A DNA stretch of 64,000 nt from the NCBI GenBank assembly GCA_964368585.1, contig CAYJAK010000012.1:19277-83276 (forward strand). The letters run 5' to 3'. Both the position numbers and the translations under genes were made by a program. The notes below the pieces were generated by a model. It was not told the DNA's origin, ran no database searches, and was given only the letters and a program-made list of their open reading frames with translations. This DNA is from an uncultured Muribaculaceae bacterium. Its GTDB lineage: Bacteria > Bacteroidota > Bacteroidia > Bacteroidales > UBA932. Position 1 is the stretch's first letter; each line of letters opens with the position of its first letter. Below, in pieces: positions 47,643-59,170 of this stretch.

Positions 47643-48899
47643 ATGGCAAAAGATAAATTAAAAGAGTTGGATTGCTGTGCATTTTGCGGCAGATCTTATG
47701 ATGAGGCAATGTTAATAGGTGGAGAGTATGGATACCTTATTTGTAATTTTTGTGTAGAGCAAGCTGATTTGTATTTTAAAGAAGAGCAGGCTAAAAGAAA
47801 AGGAAAATCAAGAGGGGTAACATCAGAGTTAGAATTAAGAAGACCAAAAGAAATTACATCATACCTAGATGAGTATGTTATAGGTCAAGAAGAGGCAAAA
47901 ATGTTTCTGTCAGTAGCAGTTTATAATCATTATAAGAGGATAAATCACGTGCTACGTAAGAAAGATGGCGATACTGAGCTAGAGAAATCGAATATACTAT
48001 TTGTTGGGCCAACTGGAACAGGTAAAACTCTATTAGCAAAGAGTATTGCTAAGATGCTTGACGTACCTTTTGCAATAGTAGATGCAACAGTTTTAACTGA
48101 GGCGGGATATGTTGGCGAGGATGTTGAGAGTCTACTTGTGCGTTTGTTACAAGATGCTGATTATGACGTAGAAAGAGCTCAAAGAGGTATTGTTTTTATA
48201 GACGAAGTAGATAAGATTGCCCGTAAAAGTGATAATCCTTCAATTACAAGAGATGTTTCTGGCGAGGGTGTTCAACAAGCTATGTTAAAATTGCTTGAAG
48301 GAAATGTTGTAAATGTACCACCAAAAGGGGGCCGCAAACATCCAGAGCAGAGTATGATAGCAGTTGATACCACAAATATTTTGTTTATTTGTGGTGGAGC
48401 ATTTGATGGAATTGAACGAAAGATTGCTCAAAGGTTAAATACGCAAGTTGTAGGCTACGGAGCTCAAAAACAGAGTGAGAATATTGATAAAAAAGATCTC
48501 TTGAAATATGTTGCCCCGCAGGATTTAAAGGCATTTGGGTTGATTCCTGAGATTATTGGTCGATTACCTGTAATAACATATTTACACCCGTTAGATAGAG
48601 ATGCTTTATTAAATATACTTACTAAGCCAAAGAATGCATTGGTTAAACAGTACGAACAACTTTTTGCGATGGATGGCATTAAACTTAAAATAGAGCCAGA
48701 GGTACTTGGGTTTATTGCAGATACAGCAATAGAATATAATTTAGGAGCTAGAGGTTTGCGCTCTATCTGCGAAGCAATGATGCTTGATGCAATGTATGAA
48801 ATGCCTGGAGGAACTAAAAAGAGCCTTACTATTAAGCTACCTTATGCTAAGGAAAAAGTTGCAAAATTTACAGGAACATTAATTTTAAAGGATAATTAA
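47643..48899 (+). CDS. clpX: ATP-dependent Clp protease ATP-binding subunit ClpX
   Basis: N-terminal zinc-finger Cys (C.FCG...C..C), Walker A GPTGTGKT and Walker B FIDEVDK. Confidence 0.95.
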   Translation: MAKDKLKELDCCAFCGRSYDEAMLIGGEYGYLICNFCVEQADLYFKEEQAKRKGKSRGVTSELELRRPKEITSYLDEYVIGQEEAKMFLSVAVYNHYKRINHVLRKKDGDTELEKSNILFVGPTGTGKTLLAKSIAKMLDVPFAIVDATVLTEAGYVGEDVESLLVRLLQDADYDVERAQRGIVFIDEVDKIARKSDNPSITRDVSGEGVQQAMLKLLEGNVVNVPPKGGRKHPEQSMIAVDTTNILFICGGAFDGIERKIAQRLNTQVVGYGAQKQSENIDKKDLLKYVAPQDLKAFGLIPEIIGRLPVITYLHPLDRDALLNILTKPKNALVKQYEQLFAMDGIKLKIEPEVLGFIADTAIEYNLGARGLRSICEAMMLDAMYEMPGGTKKSLTIKLPYAKEKVAKFTGTLILKDN

Positions 48900-48941
48900 A
48901 TTTATTACATTTGAAGTATTGATAACTAAAATTAAATATTT

Positions 48942-50288
48942 ATGAAAAAGTATATAGAGCAAAACAATGAAAGATTCCTGAGCGAATTATTTGATCTACT
49001 TAGAATACCAAGTGTAAGTTCTTTGGAAGCACATAATGGTGATATGCAGAAATGTGCTGATAAGCTAGTAGAAATGTTATTAGCAGCAGGAGCAGATACA
49101 GCAGCTGTATATAAAACAGCTGGCCATCCAGTTGTTTTTGGAGAGAAAAAAGTAGATCCATCGCTCCCTACAATCTTAGTTTATGGACACTACGATGTTC
49201 AACCAGTGGACCCTATTAATTTATGGAAAAGTCTCCCTTTTGAACCTGAGATAAGAGATGGTGCAATCTATGCTAGAGGAGCAAATGATGATAAAGGGCA
49301 GTTATTTATGCACATAAAAGCATTTGAGTTCTTAGCAAAAGAGGGTAAATTAAGACACAATATTAAATTTCTTTTAGAGGGTGAAGAGGAGATTGGTTCT
49401 CCATCACTTGCAGCTTGGGCAAAAGAGAATAAGGAGTTGTTATCTTGCGATGAAATTTTGGTTTCAGATACAACAATGATATCAGAAAAAGTTCCAAGTA
49501 TAAATTGTGGAATGAGGGGTTTAGCCTATGTAGAAGTAGAAGTTACAGGTCCAGACAAAGATCTTCATAGTGGCCACTATGGAGGAGCTGTACATAATCC
49601 AATTAATGCACTTTGTGAGATGATTTCATCTTTGATAGATGACAATGGTAGAATAACAGTAAAAGGATTCTATGATAGCGTAGTGGAACTTAGCAAAGAG
49701 GATAGAGAGATGTTAAGTAGAGCTCCATTTGATGAGAAAGAGTATAAAGAGTCACTAGATGTAGAGGAGTTAAAAGGGGAGGAGGGCTACTCTGCTCTTG
49801 AAAGAACTGGTATTCGTCCATGTTTAGATGTTAATGGTATTTGGGGCGGATATATCGGTGAAGGAGCTAAAACTGTTTTGCCTTCAGTTGCACACGCAAA
49901 GATATCTATGAGACTTGTTCCTAATCAAGATTGCAATGAGATTGCTAAATTATTTGAAGAGCATTTCCTAGCTATAGCACCTAAATCAGTTAAGGTAAAA
50001 GTTACACCTCACCACGGTGGTAATGGATTCTTAATTCCAATATCATCACCAGCATATAAGGCTGCGGCAAAAGCAATTGGAGAAGTTTACGGTATTGACC
50101 CAGTTCCAAGCAGAGGTGGTGGAAGTATTCCAATCCTAGCAGATCTTCAAGGAATACTAAATGTAAATCCACTTCTTATGGGATTTGGCTTAGAGAGAGA
50201 TACAATTCATTCACCTAATGAGAGCTATCTTTTAAGTCAGCTTTATAAAGGGATGGAATCAATAGTATTATTCTATAAATATTACTAG
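48942..50288 (+). CDS. M20-family dipeptidase (CNDP/DUG1-like metallohydrolase)
   Basis: YGHYDVQP, ARGANDDKG and EGEEEIGS motifs of the M20A dipeptidases. Confidence 0.85.
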   Translation: MKKYIEQNNERFLSELFDLLRIPSVSSLEAHNGDMQKCADKLVEMLLAAGADTAAVYKTAGHPVVFGEKKVDPSLPTILVYGHYDVQPVDPINLWKSLPFEPEIRDGAIYARGANDDKGQLFMHIKAFEFLAKEGKLRHNIKFLLEGEEEIGSPSLAAWAKENKELLSCDEILVSDTTMISEKVPSINCGMRGLAYVEVEVTGPDKDLHSGHYGGAVHNPINALCEMISSLIDDNGRITVKGFYDSVVELSKEDREMLSRAPFDEKEYKESLDVEELKGEEGYSALERTGIRPCLDVNGIWGGYIGEGAKTVLPSVAHAKISMRLVPNQDCNEIAKLFEEHFLAIAPKSVKVKVTPHHGGNGFLIPISSPAYKAAAKAIGEVYGIDPVPSRGGGSIPILADLQGILNVNPLLMGFGLERDTIHSPNESYLLSQLYKGMESIVLFYKYY

Positions 50289-50289
50289 A

Positions 50290-51099
50290 ATGAATTATAA
50301 TCAGTTATATGATCAAATAAAGAAAAAAGGTAGCTTTTTATGTATAGGGTTAGATTCTGATCCTACATTACTACCTGATTGTGTAAAAGGTTTGGAGTAT
50401 CCTATCTTTGAATTCAATAGAGCCATTATTGATGCTACAGCGCCATATTCAGTTGCGTATAAGCCTAATACAGCTTTTTATGAGGCAGAGGGCGTTAAAG
50501 GTTGGGCTCAATTTGAAATGACAGTTAAGTATATAAAAGATAAATATCCCGATATATTAATAATTGCAGATGCTAAAAGAGGTGATATCGGGAATACAGC
50601 ACAGAGATATGCAAAGTGTTTCTTTGAATCGCTACCGTGCGACGCAGTAACATTGGCACCTTATATGGGTAGTGACTCTGTAAAGCCCTTTTTATCTTAT
50701 CCCGATAAGTGGAGCATTGTGTTAGCTTTAACATCAAACCCTAGTGCAGACGAATTTGAACAATTATCTGTGTCAGGGAGACCGCTTTATGAGATGGTCA
50801 TAAAAGAGGCTATGAAATGGGGCTCAATAGATAATACTATGTTTGTATTAGGTGCTACGCGCCCTGATAAATTAAAAGAGATAAGAGAATATTGCCCAGA
50901 TCACTTTTTCTTAGTTCCAGGTGTAGGTGCGCAAGGTGGCACAGTTGCAGATGTGGCTAAATTTGGATTAAATAGCTCTTGTGGAGTATTAGTGAATTCC
51001 TCTAGAGGTATAATTTTTGCGGATAAGAGCGAGAATTTTGCAAATGTGGCTGCAGAAAAGGCAAAAGAGTTGGCTGATGAAATGGCTCAGTATTTATAG
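50290..51099 (+). CDS. pyrF: Orotidine 5'-phosphate decarboxylase (type 2)
   Basis: LCIGLDSD, IADAKRGDIGNT and PGVGAQGG motifs. Confidence 0.9.
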   Translation: MNYNQLYDQIKKKGSFLCIGLDSDPTLLPDCVKGLEYPIFEFNRAIIDATAPYSVAYKPNTAFYEAEGVKGWAQFEMTVKYIKDKYPDILIIADAKRGDIGNTAQRYAKCFFESLPCDAVTLAPYMGSDSVKPFLSYPDKWSIVLALTSNPSADEFEQLSVSGRPLYEMVIKEAMKWGSIDNTMFVLGATRPDKLKEIREYCPDHFFLVPGVGAQGGTVADVAKFGLNSSCGVLVNSSRGIIFADKSENFANVAAEKAKELADEMAQYL

Positions 51100-51105
51100 A
51101 AATAT

Positions 51106-52869
51106 ATGATTAGGAGTTTATTTATAAGGAGTGTATCTCCTAATATGAAAATTTTAAAGCACACTGTTAATTTAGTGTGCTTTATCTTTATTTTTACGAT
51201 CCTCTGTTTTAGTTGTAAAGAGGATAAAACTAGTATGATATTAAATCTTAAAGGTCAAGAGCCCTCACTTACAATACTTTTTACTAATGATATGCACTCA
51301 TATGCAGAGGAGAAGAGGGTGGGATATCAGATGGTTAGTCCAATAGATAGTGCACACTTAGTTGGGGGATTCTCTAGATTGGCAACAGTAATTGAGCAAG
51401 AGCGTCAAAAATGTGATGCAAATGGAAGTACTCTATTACTTGTTGATGCTGGAGATATGGCAATGGGTACCACGCTTCAAACTCTATTTACTCAAGAGGC
51501 ATTTGAACTTTCGTATTTATCCAAAATGTGCTATGATGTAATTACTCTGGGTAATCATGATTTTGACTATGGAATGGAAGCATGCGCAAAAATGTTGATG
51601 AGTGCTAAATCAAAAAATACAACAGTACCGCAGATCGTTCTTTCTAATATAATTCCTAGTGCTAAATCTAGTATAAGTTTAGTATTTGAAGAATATGGAG
51701 TGACAAAGAGTACTATTATTCAAAAAAATGGATTGAGAATAGGAATTATTGGATCAATGGGGGAGGATGCATACTCCGTTATTTCAAAAAAGGAGAGTAT
51801 CACATTTGTTGAACCAATGCAGGCTGTTAAGCATGAAGTGGAGAAATTAAGAGGGGAGGGGGTAGATTATGTAATATTAATATCCCATGGTGGGACAAAT
51901 GGTAGTGGAAATTATAAGAAGTCAGAAGATTGGAGATTGGCAAAAAAAGTATCGGGAATAGATGTAATAATAAGTGGGCACGATCATGATTTCCTATATG
52001 AACCGCTGTATGTTAATGGTACATATATTGGATCTTCAGGTGCATATTGCAATTATCTAGGCAAGATGGTTCTATCGGGAAGAAAGATGATAGAATATGA
52101 ATTAATCCCTTTAGATTTAAATATTTCTCCCAATTTGGATATTAAAGAATATATCGACTCAATTAAACAGCTCACCGATAATTATCTAATAAATAAATTT
52201 AATCTATCGCAGTTTGATACTCTAACAATATTAGAGAGAGAGTACTATGATACATTGAACTCTAAGGGTTATATGGAATTAGGTCTGTTAATTGCACAAA
52301 GTTATAGTGAAGCTGTATTAAAATATGCAAATATAGATGGGGTAATAGGGATTGTTCCAATGGGAACTATAAGAGGCCATTTAGCAAAAGGGGTAGTTAC
52401 GGTAGAAGATGTTTTTAGAGTTTTATCTCTAGGTGTTAGTAATAGTATTAAATCTCAAATTGAGGCACCTGGGTCACCTCTTATTTTAGCGTGGCTTACA
52501 GGAAAAGAGATTGAGGATGTATGTGAATTAGTTGCATCTGTATCTCCAATGATGAGAAACACGACACTTTTTTTCTCAAATTTAGAGTTTAGTAAGAATA
52601 AATACAGACCTATTTTCTTTAAAGCTTCTGCTATAAAGATAAATGGTAAACCTCTTGATAAAAATATGCTATACCCGGTTGTAACAGGTACATATACGGC
52701 AGAACTAATAGGATTGCTAGAGGGAACTTCATATGGAATACTCTCTGCAACCCCTAAAGATTCTCTAGGAATACCTATTAAAGATTTTAATGATGCAGTT
52801 CTGCATGAATCTCTAACTGAATGGAGGGCACTTGCAGAAAAATTAAAATTTAGGAATAATAAACTTTAG
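51106..52869 (+). CDS. Bifunctional metallophosphatase/5'-nucleotidase (UshA-like), secreted
   Basis: Metallophosphoesterase motifs NDMHS, DAGD, GNHDFD and GHDH, with a C-terminal 5'-nucleotidase domain. An alternative start at 51145 gives a clean lipoprotein signal (..LCFSC). Confidence 0.8.
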   Translation: MIRSLFIRSVSPNMKILKHTVNLVCFIFIFTILCFSCKEDKTSMILNLKGQEPSLTILFTNDMHSYAEEKRVGYQMVSPIDSAHLVGGFSRLATVIEQERQKCDANGSTLLLVDAGDMAMGTTLQTLFTQEAFELSYLSKMCYDVITLGNHDFDYGMEACAKMLMSAKSKNTTVPQIVLSNIIPSAKSSISLVFEEYGVTKSTIIQKNGLRIGIIGSMGEDAYSVISKKESITFVEPMQAVKHEVEKLRGEGVDYVILISHGGTNGSGNYKKSEDWRLAKKVSGIDVIISGHDHDFLYEPLYVNGTYIGSSGAYCNYLGKMVLSGRKMIEYELIPLDLNISPNLDIKEYIDSIKQLTDNYLINKFNLSQFDTLTILEREYYDTLNSKGYMELGLLIAQSYSEAVLKYANIDGVIGIVPMGTIRGHLAKGVVTVEDVFRVLSLGVSNSIKSQIEAPGSPLILAWLTGKEIEDVCELVASVSPMMRNTTLFFSNLEFSKNKYRPIFFKASAIKINGKPLDKNMLYPVVTGTYTAELIGLLEGTSYGILSATPKDSLGIPIKDFNDAVLHESLTEWRALAEKLKFRNNKL

Positions 52870-54395
52870 TAAAATAGTACCTCTAAAGGAGGTGTAGTCA
52901 TATCTTTATCTAAAGGAAATATTGGACGAATAAGACGTTTATAAGGAAGTGCTTCAAGCTCTTGATCAACACCACCTCTAGTGTGTGCCATCATCCAATC
53001 CGCCTTCATCTCGTATAGTTCCTCTGTAAGATAACCTAATTTAACAACTATAATATCAGCTTCACGAGGCTTTAGATTTAGTTTATCAAAATCTCTCTCA
53101 TAGTGGAACGGTTTACGACTTTCCGTTACTATAACTTGGATTGAACCAACTTGAACAACCACTTGATCATTGTTGCCGTCATCTAAAATCTTCTCAACTC
53201 TACCTTTGATTCTTACAGGACCGCAGTATCTATCATCAACCATAGCTCCAGCCATTGCATCCACAATACCGCCTTCTCCAACTTTTTTTGCCATTGCAAC
53301 AACATCTGGTCCGGGAATAGAGGCATAAATTAATCTTTTTCCGCTTGAATCTTTAAATTCTTCTCTGTTTAATAGTTTATCTAGTGTCCAAGTAACATCA
53401 CCCGCACCACCTGCCGTAGGGTTATCTCCCATATCGCTAATAAAATATGGCTTCTTATCACTTTTAATTGCGAACTCAAGAACCTCTTCTAATGAAGCAG
53501 TTGGGGCAACAAATTCAAAATCGTTTCTAATAGACCAAAAATGTTCAGCAAGTTGTTTTGCACCTTTTTCAACAGATTCTTTATCATCTCCAACCACCAT
53601 TACAACGCCGTGGTTTCTAGGCTCATCGGCCCAAGGGTATGACATCCAAATAGCAGCATCTACAACGCCATTCATTTTTTCTACTGGTACTATTGCCTCA
53701 TATAAAGATTTACCTGGTTCAACACGTGTGCTAGTCTTTTCTCCTGGGAGTAATATTGGAACCCTTACCCAAGCTTTATACTTTGGTTTTCCGTTGCCAC
53801 TCTCTAGTCGCTCAAGAAGATTATCAATAGCTCTCTTTCTAGAAATATATCTATCTTCGTGAGGAGACATTCTATAAGCAGTAATAAGATCTGTATTTTG
53901 TACTAATCTTGCAGTAACACATCCGTGTGGATCCATTGATGTAGATATAATAACATCTTCTCCAACTAGCTCTCTAATCTTCATTAAGTAATCTCCTTCT
54001 GGATCATCTAATCCAACAACACTCATAGCTCCGTGGATATCCACAAAAAGCGCATCATAAGGCATCCCTTTTTCTAATTCTCGTAGTGATTTATTTAATA
54101 ATGTGTCGTAGGCTTCTTTTGTAACGATCCCGCCAGGTGTAGCCCAAGCTACCATTGCTGGCAGCCAAACGGCTCTATTGATTAATGTAGTATCATCTCC
54201 AAAAAATGGGTAAGAATCTATAATTTGTTGACCAAAACGGGGTCTAAACATATCAAAAGTGGTCTGAGCAGGAGAAAATGTGCTACTTTCAACACCAATT
54301 CCTACAATGCCAATTCGTGGTAATTCTGATTGAGTATTATTGCATCCAGTTAAGATTGATATTAGTGCAGTAATTATTAATATTATTTTTCTCAT
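52866..54395 (-). CDS. M81-family metallopeptidase (MlrC/microcystinase C-like) lipoprotein
   Basis: Lipoprotein signal (LTGC). The N-terminal RIGIVGIGVESSTFSP resembles the MlrC N-domain (DUF1485) and is followed by an MlrC C-domain. The assignment is from memory of the family pattern. Confidence 0.75.
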   Translation of the reverse strand: MRKIILIITALISILTGCNNTQSELPRIGIVGIGVESSTFSPAQTTFDMFRPRFGQQIIDSYPFFGDDTTLINRAVWLPAMVAWATPGGIVTKEAYDTLLNKSLRELEKGMPYDALFVDIHGAMSVVGLDDPEGDYLMKIRELVGEDVIISTSMDPHGCVTARLVQNTDLITAYRMSPHEDRYISRKRAIDNLLERLESGNGKPKYKAWVRVPILLPGEKTSTRVEPGKSLYEAIVPVEKMNGVVDAAIWMSYPWADEPRNHGVVMVVGDDKESVEKGAKQLAEHFWSIRNDFEFVAPTASLEEVLEFAIKSDKKPYFISDMGDNPTAGGAGDVTWTLDKLLNREEFKDSSGKRLIYASIPGPDVVAMAKKVGEGGIVDAMAGAMVDDRYCGPVRIKGRVEKILDDGNNDQVVVQVGSIQVIVTESRKPFHYERDFDKLNLKPREADIIVVKLGYLTEELYEMKADWMMAHTRGGVDQELEALPYKRLIRPIFPLDKDMTTPPLEVLFY

Positions 54396-54399
54396 ATGC

Positions 54400-55158
54400 T
54401 TAATTAATTTTGTTGTATCTAATTTGATTAATTGCTTTTGATACTTTCTCAGCAGATGTTACATCCCTTTTAAATTCATCAATTTCTACTGCTCCTCCCA
54501 TTGAGACATCTTCATTTCTAAATACCATTTGAGAGTTAACACTAACTCTAGCCGACATATGGAACTCTTTAGCTTTAGTAACCTCTTTAATCTCTTCTAT
54601 GTTGCTCTCATTTACGCCGCATCCTGGCATTATAATAATTCTATCCTTAGCTAATTCTACTAACTCTCTTATGAGCTCTTTGCCCTCATAAGCATTAGCT
54701 TTGCAGCCAGATGTTAGAATCCTATCAAAACCAAGCTCTATAATCTCTTCCAATGCTTTTTTAGGGTTGCAACAAACATCAAATGCTCTATGAAATGTGA
54801 GTGATAGCCCCTTTGCTACGCTTATAAGTTCTTTACAAGATTCAATATCTACCTCTCCATTTTCTGTTAAACAACCAAAAACGACTCCATCAGCACCTAA
54901 ATCTTTTGCAATTTTAATATCTTTCTTCATAATCTCCAATTCATCTGGAGAATATAGAAAATCACCGCCTCTAGGTCTAATGATTACGTTTAATTTGATG
55001 CCAATTTTTTTTCTAGATAGGTAAATCTCACCATAGCTAGGCGTTGTTCCGCCTTCAGGCATTCCAGCGCATAACTCAACTCTTCCCGCACCACCTTTTT
55101 CGGCTTCTACTGCGCTCTCTACAGAGTTTGCGCATACTTCTATTAATATTGTTGCCAT
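54400..55158 (-). CDS. cutC: Copper homeostasis protein CutC
   Basis: IEVCANSVESAVEAEKGGAGRVELC is the typical CutC N-terminus. TIM-barrel length. Confidence 0.9.
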   Translation of the reverse strand: MATILIEVCANSVESAVEAEKGGAGRVELCAGMPEGGTTPSYGEIYLSRKKIGIKLNVIIRPRGGDFLYSPDELEIMKKDIKIAKDLGADGVVFGCLTENGEVDIESCKELISVAKGLSLTFHRAFDVCCNPKKALEEIIELGFDRILTSGCKANAYEGKELIRELVELAKDRIIIMPGCGVNESNIEEIKEVTKAKEFHMSARVSVNSQMVFRNEDVSMGGAVEIDEFKRDVTSAEKVSKAINQIRYNKIN

Positions 55159-55189
55159 AAAGTAATATTATTATGGTGCTTAATGGATA

Positions 55190-55846
55190 CTATTTTAATT
55201 TTGCAATAATTGTTGTACAAGCTTTAACTTTGTCTCCAAGTTTAACATTTACCTTAGTATCTAATGGTAAGAATAGGTCCATTCTAGAACCAAATTTAAT
55301 AAATCCCATTTGATCACACTGGTTAGCGTGATTTCCAGCCTCTGCATAACATACTATCCTTCTTGCAATATATCCTGCGATTTGGCGGAATAGTACCTGA
55401 ACTTTATCGGGAGTCTCAACTACAACGCTAGTTCTCTCATTAAGCTCAGATGATTTTGGATAAGATGCTACTATATATTTTCCATGGTGATGTTTACTGT
55501 AAACAACATTACCTCCCACAGGAAAGTAGTTCACGTGTACATTAAATACACTCATAAAAACAGATACTTGGATACACTTGCATTTTAAAAATTCATTCTC
55601 TTCAACCTCTTGGATTTGAACAATTTTTCCATCGCAAGGCGATACTACATATTTTTTATCTATAACGGATACTCTCTTAGGTGATCTAAAGAATCTCAAA
55701 ACAAAAATGAAAATTAATAAACCAGCTATGGATGAACAGATAAAGGCAGTTCCGCAACCAATGAGAAAATAGAGTCCCGTTAAAATGGCAGCTATAATTA
55801 TAAATGTGTTTCTAATAATTTTATAACCTTCTTTATGTATTTTCAT
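55190..55846 (-). CDS. psd: Phosphatidylserine decarboxylase proenzyme (short, membrane-anchored type)
   Basis: N-terminal TM segments, SPCDGKI, and FGSRMDL (the self-cleavage Gly-Ser site context). It follows cdsA. Confidence 0.9.
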   Translation of the reverse strand: MKIHKEGYKIIRNTFIIIAAILTGLYFLIGCGTAFICSSIAGLLIFIFVLRFFRSPKRVSVIDKKYVVSPCDGKIVQIQEVEENEFLKCKCIQVSVFMSVFNVHVNYFPVGGNVVYSKHHHGKYIVASYPKSSELNERTSVVVETPDKVQVLFRQIAGYIARRIVCYAEAGNHANQCDQMGFIKFGSRMDLFLPLDTKVNVKLGDKVKACTTIIAKLK

Positions 55847-55877
55847 GAAAATATAAATTTAGTTGATAACAAGTTAG

Positions 55878-56720
55878 TTAAGTGAAAAATAATATGTAAA
55901 TAATAACAACTGGGAAACAAATAAGTGCACTATCAAACCTATCTAAAACACCTCCGTGTCCTGGTATTATCTTTCCTGAATCCTTAACAAGATGGTTTCT
56001 CTTAAATTGCGACTCAACCAAATCTCCCAATATTGCAAAAATACATATAATAATTGATATTACGATGGAGTTAATGATAGATATTTCTAGTATGCCTAAA
56101 TAGTGAATAGCAATTGATGTAACTATAGAACAGAACAATCCACCGAAGAATCCAATCCAACTCTTTTTAGGAGAGATTGATGGAAATAATCTCTTTCCAT
56201 ATCTTTGACCCAGTGTGGAACCAAAACAGTATGCTCCAACGTCTGTTGCCCAAATTAATATGAGGACGGATAATAATAATTTACCAGAATAGGCACCATT
56301 GGTAAACATTATTAGGTTTACTAATGAGAAAGGTAGTGCTATGTATATAATTGAGTTGGTTATAAATGGAGATTTAGAGTAACAATTTTCTCCAACATTT
56401 TTATTATGTCCTTTTACATATAAATTACTAATGAACGTAGCAATAAGGCCAATAATAACAATTAATAATGTTTTTACAGGGTAGCCATATCCTACTACTA
56501 AAAAAGAGGTTACAAAAAGCAATATTCCTGTGGCTATACCCAAAAAAATAGGAGCTACACCACTTTTTTTACCAATACTTAAGTTAATATATTCGTATTG
56601 CATTAACGCAATAAAAAAAGAAAAGAGCACCCCATAAGATATGGGATGCCATAATATTCCAAATATAGTCAATGCTGTAAATGCAATACCGCTAATTGTT
56701 CTTGTAACCAATTCCTTCAT
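55878..56720 (-). CDS. cdsA: Phosphatidate cytidylyltransferase
   Basis: Polytopic membrane protein with the CTP-transferase signature S.FKR...KDSG..IPGHGG.LDR.DS. Confidence 0.9.
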   Translation of the reverse strand: MKELVTRTISGIAFTALTIFGILWHPISYGVLFSFFIALMQYEYINLSIGKKSGVAPIFLGIATGILLFVTSFLVVGYGYPVKTLLIVIIGLIATFISNLYVKGHNKNVGENCYSKSPFITNSIIYIALPFSLVNLIMFTNGAYSGKLLLSVLILIWATDVGAYCFGSTLGQRYGKRLFPSISPKKSWIGFFGGLFCSIVTSIAIHYLGILEISIINSIVISIIICIFAILGDLVESQFKRNHLVKDSGKIIPGHGGVLDRFDSALICFPVVIIYILFFT

Positions 56721-58648
56721 TATACACCATCTTTTTTAGGTCGAGGTCCAAAGATATTCTCAAGATCCTCTGTAAATATTACCTCTTTTTCTAAAAGAAG
56801 TTCAGCAAGTTTTGTGAATTGCTCTTTATGTTCATTAATCACATCAAGTGCTTGCTTGTGTGCTTGATCGATTAAAGATTTAGCCTCTTGATCTATAAGT
56901 TCAGCCGTCTTTTCACTATATGGCTTTTGTAAGTTATACCCAGATTCTTGCGAATCGTAGAATGAAATGTGCCCAACGTTTTTACTCATTCCAAAGTAAC
57001 TAACCATTGCATATGCTTGTTTTGTAACCTTTTCTAGATCAGATAGAGCTCCAGTTGAAATTTTACCATTAACAATCTCTTCTGCGGCTCTTCCTCCCAT
57101 TGTAGCAGCCATCTCGTCCATCATCTGTTCAGTTGTTGTGATTTGTCGCTCTTCTGGTAAGTACCAAGCCGCTCCTAATGCTCTTCCTCTAGGAATAATG
57201 GTTACTTTTAATAGTGGATTAGCGTGTGGCAGTACCCAACTGACTGTAGCGTGACCAGCCTCATGAAAAGCAATCGTTCTCTTTTCGTGAGGAGGAATAA
57301 TCTTGCTCCTCTTCTCTAAGCCGCCAACTATTCTATCAACTGCATCTAAGAAATCCTGCTTCTCAATAGCCTCTTTGTTTTTACGTGCAGCAATAAGCGC
57401 AGCTTCGTTACATACGTTTGCTATGTCAGCACCAGAAAAACCAGGTGTTTGTTTTGATAAGAATGTAATATCTAATCCATCCTGCAGTTTTAATTTAGCT
57501 AAATGAACATTAAATATATCCTCTCTCTCCTTTAGCTCTGGAAGATCAACGTGAATCTGTCTATCAAACCTACCTGCTCTCATTAGAGCTTTGTCTAATA
57601 TGTCAGCTCTGTTTGTGGCAGCAAGAATAATAACTCCAGAGTTTGTTCCAAAGCCATCCATCTCTGTAAGAAGTTGATTAAGTGTGTTTTCTCTCTCGTC
57701 GTTTGATGAGAAACCTGCATTTTTACCTCTAGCTCTACCAACTGCGTCAATTTCATCTATAAACACTATACAAGGAGCTTTCTCTTTTGCTTGTTTAAAT
57801 AAATCTCTAACTCTAGATGCTCCAACTCCAACAAACATCTCAACAAAATCAGATCCTGAGATTGAAAAGAACGGAACTTCGGCCTCCCCTGCAACAGCCT
57901 TAGCTAAAAGAGTCTTACCTGTGCCTGGAGGGCCAACTAGTAGGGCGCCTTTAGGTATTTTTCCTCCAAGTGTTGTATATTTTTTTGGATTTTTAAGAAA
58001 ATCAACAATCTCCATAACCTCTATCTTTGCCTCTTCTAATCCTGCAACATCCTTAAAAGTTACCTTGACATTGTTATCTTTATCAAATAATTTTGCTTGA
58101 GATTTTCCAACATTAAAAATGCCTCCGCCGGTTCCGCCTCCGCCTGCATTCTTTGTCATTCTTCTTAAGATAAAGAACCACAATGCAAGAATTATTAATG
58201 GTAGCATAAGGAAATCTAATATCCTAAGCATATAGTTATTTCGCTCTTCATTCTCTATGATGAACCTCTTATCTACAGGTAGTTCTTCTCTAGCAAGAGT
58301 TAATTGCTCTTCTGAATCAAAGTTGCCAGAGACAATGAAAAAGAAATGAGGACCATGTAATGGCACCTTATTTCCAAATTCCTCTTGATATTTCTTTAGG
58401 CTATCTGATACAATTGTAATTTCCGCTCTATTTTGATTTGTTATGAATGTTACTTTTTCTACATCTCCATTCGGGATCATCTGCTCCTTAACTTTATACC
58501 ATTCAGTTTTTACAGGTTCACCTCCATCATAATTAAAAAACATATATGCAATTATCGCGATAATTGGTACATAAATTAGTAGGTAATTAAATTTTTGGGG
58601 ATTCTGTTTTTTTTTAGGTTTAGGCGACTTTGCATTATTAGACTCCAT
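56720..58648 (-). CDS. ftsH: ATP-dependent zinc metalloprotease FtsH
   Basis: Walker A GPPGTGKT, the SRH region, and the zinc motif HEAGHA. Its stop overlaps the cdsA start by 1 nt (TAATG). Confidence 0.95.
   Translation of the reverse strand: MESNNAKSPKPKKKQNPQKFNYLLIYVPIIAIIAYMFFNYDGGEPVKTEWYKVKEQMIPNGDVEKVTFITNQNRAEITIVSDSLKKYQEEFGNKVPLHGPHFFFIVSGNFDSEEQLTLAREELPVDKRFIIENEERNNYMLRILDFLMLPLIILALWFFILRRMTKNAGGGGTGGGIFNVGKSQAKLFDKDNNVKVTFKDVAGLEEAKIEVMEIVDFLKNPKKYTTLGGKIPKGALLVGPPGTGKTLLAKAVAGEAEVPFFSISGSDFVEMFVGVGASRVRDLFKQAKEKAPCIVFIDEIDAVGRARGKNAGFSSNDERENTLNQLLTEMDGFGTNSGVIILAATNRADILDKALMRAGRFDRQIHVDLPELKEREDIFNVHLAKLKLQDGLDITFLSKQTPGFSGADIANVCNEAALIAARKNKEAIEKQDFLDAVDRIVGGLEKRSKIIPPHEKRTIAFHEAGHATVSWVLPHANPLLKVTIIPRGRALGAAWYLPEERQITTTEQMMDEMAATMGGRAAEEIVNGKISTGALSDLEKVTKQAYAMVSYFGMSKNVGHISFYDSQESGYNLQKPYSEKTAELIDQEAKSLIDQAHKQALDVINEHKEQFTKLAELLLEKEVIFTEDLENIFGPRPKKDGV
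58549..58566. repeat. 18-bp perfect palindrome CAATTATCGCGATAATTG inside the ftsH 5' coding region
   Basis: Read directly. It contains the recurrent TATCGCGATA core and encodes ..IIAII.. of the first TM helix. Confidence 0.9.
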
Positions 58649-58696
58649 ATTCTTCTATTCTTCTATTCTTCGGTTCTGTTTCTAATTGTATATATG

Positions 58697-59068
58697 TTAT
58701 TCGTAAAGTTTTTTGTCAGCGTCAGCCCATAATTCTTCTAATCGGTAGAAATCTCTGTATTCTGTTTGGAAAATATGTACAATAATATCGGTGTAATCAA
58801 GTATTATCCAAAATGCGTTCTCTCTTCCTTGTTGTCTTACAACTTTTCTTTGACATTTTAAAATCATTTCGTCTTCAATATTATCGGCAATAGATAATAC
58901 ATTTGTGTTAGAATCTGCATTACAGATAATAAAGCAGTCACAAATACTTGTGCCTATCTCACTTAAATCAAGTGAGCACACGTTTTGTCCTTTTTTATCT
59001 AGCATTGCATTTACTATAGTTTCCACCTCAATGTTTAATGTTGGGTTTGATGTTTTACTCTTTGTCAT
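58697..59068 (-). CDS. rsfS: Ribosome silencing factor RsfS
   Basis: The ..DYFIICNADSNTNV..I...I pattern and WILLDY-like motif (WIILDY) are present. The track start at 59104 is a TTG inside the promoter box, so I use the ATG at 59068. Confidence 0.9.
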   Translation of the reverse strand: MTKSKTSNPTLNIEVETIVNAMLDKKGQNVCSLDLSEIGTSICDCFIICNADSNTNVLSIADNIEDEMILKCQRKVVRQQGRENAFWIILDYTDIIVHIFQTEYRDFYRLEELWADADKKLYE

Positions 59069-59101
59069 TTTATTTTTATTTCTTTGTTTATCTTTGTAGT
59101 G

Positions 59102-59109
59102 CAAATATA
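59102..59109 (-). promoter_or_regulatory. -7 promoter box TATATTTG for rsfS-ftsH-cdsA-psd
   Basis: TAnnTTTG on the minus strand, 33 nt upstream of the ATG at 59068. Confidence 0.45.
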
Positions 59110-59170
59110 CATAAAGTTTATTATATACTTTCTTATAAAATTACTTATACAAATTTTTAACCAATAATTT

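Noticed and set aside
57684-58100. Long antisense ORFs inside ftsH (138 aa), pepD (61555..62004, 149 aa), leuC/leuD, leuA, the M28 gene, the GH2 gene and others
   Set aside because: All lie fully within well-supported genes on the opposite strand. They have Ser/Pro/Leu-rich shadow-frame composition and lack independent start or terminator signals.
59069-59104. Track-predicted N-terminal extensions of rsfS (start 59104), the MarC gene (10479), the ABC exporter (19333), the cca-like gene (13452) and the small membrane ORF (31500)
   Set aside because: These 'starts' are TTG codons. Two of them (59104 and 10479) fall inside TAnnTTTG promoter boxes, so they cannot be translated from the predicted transcripts. 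Downstream ATGs give N-termini that match the family patterns.
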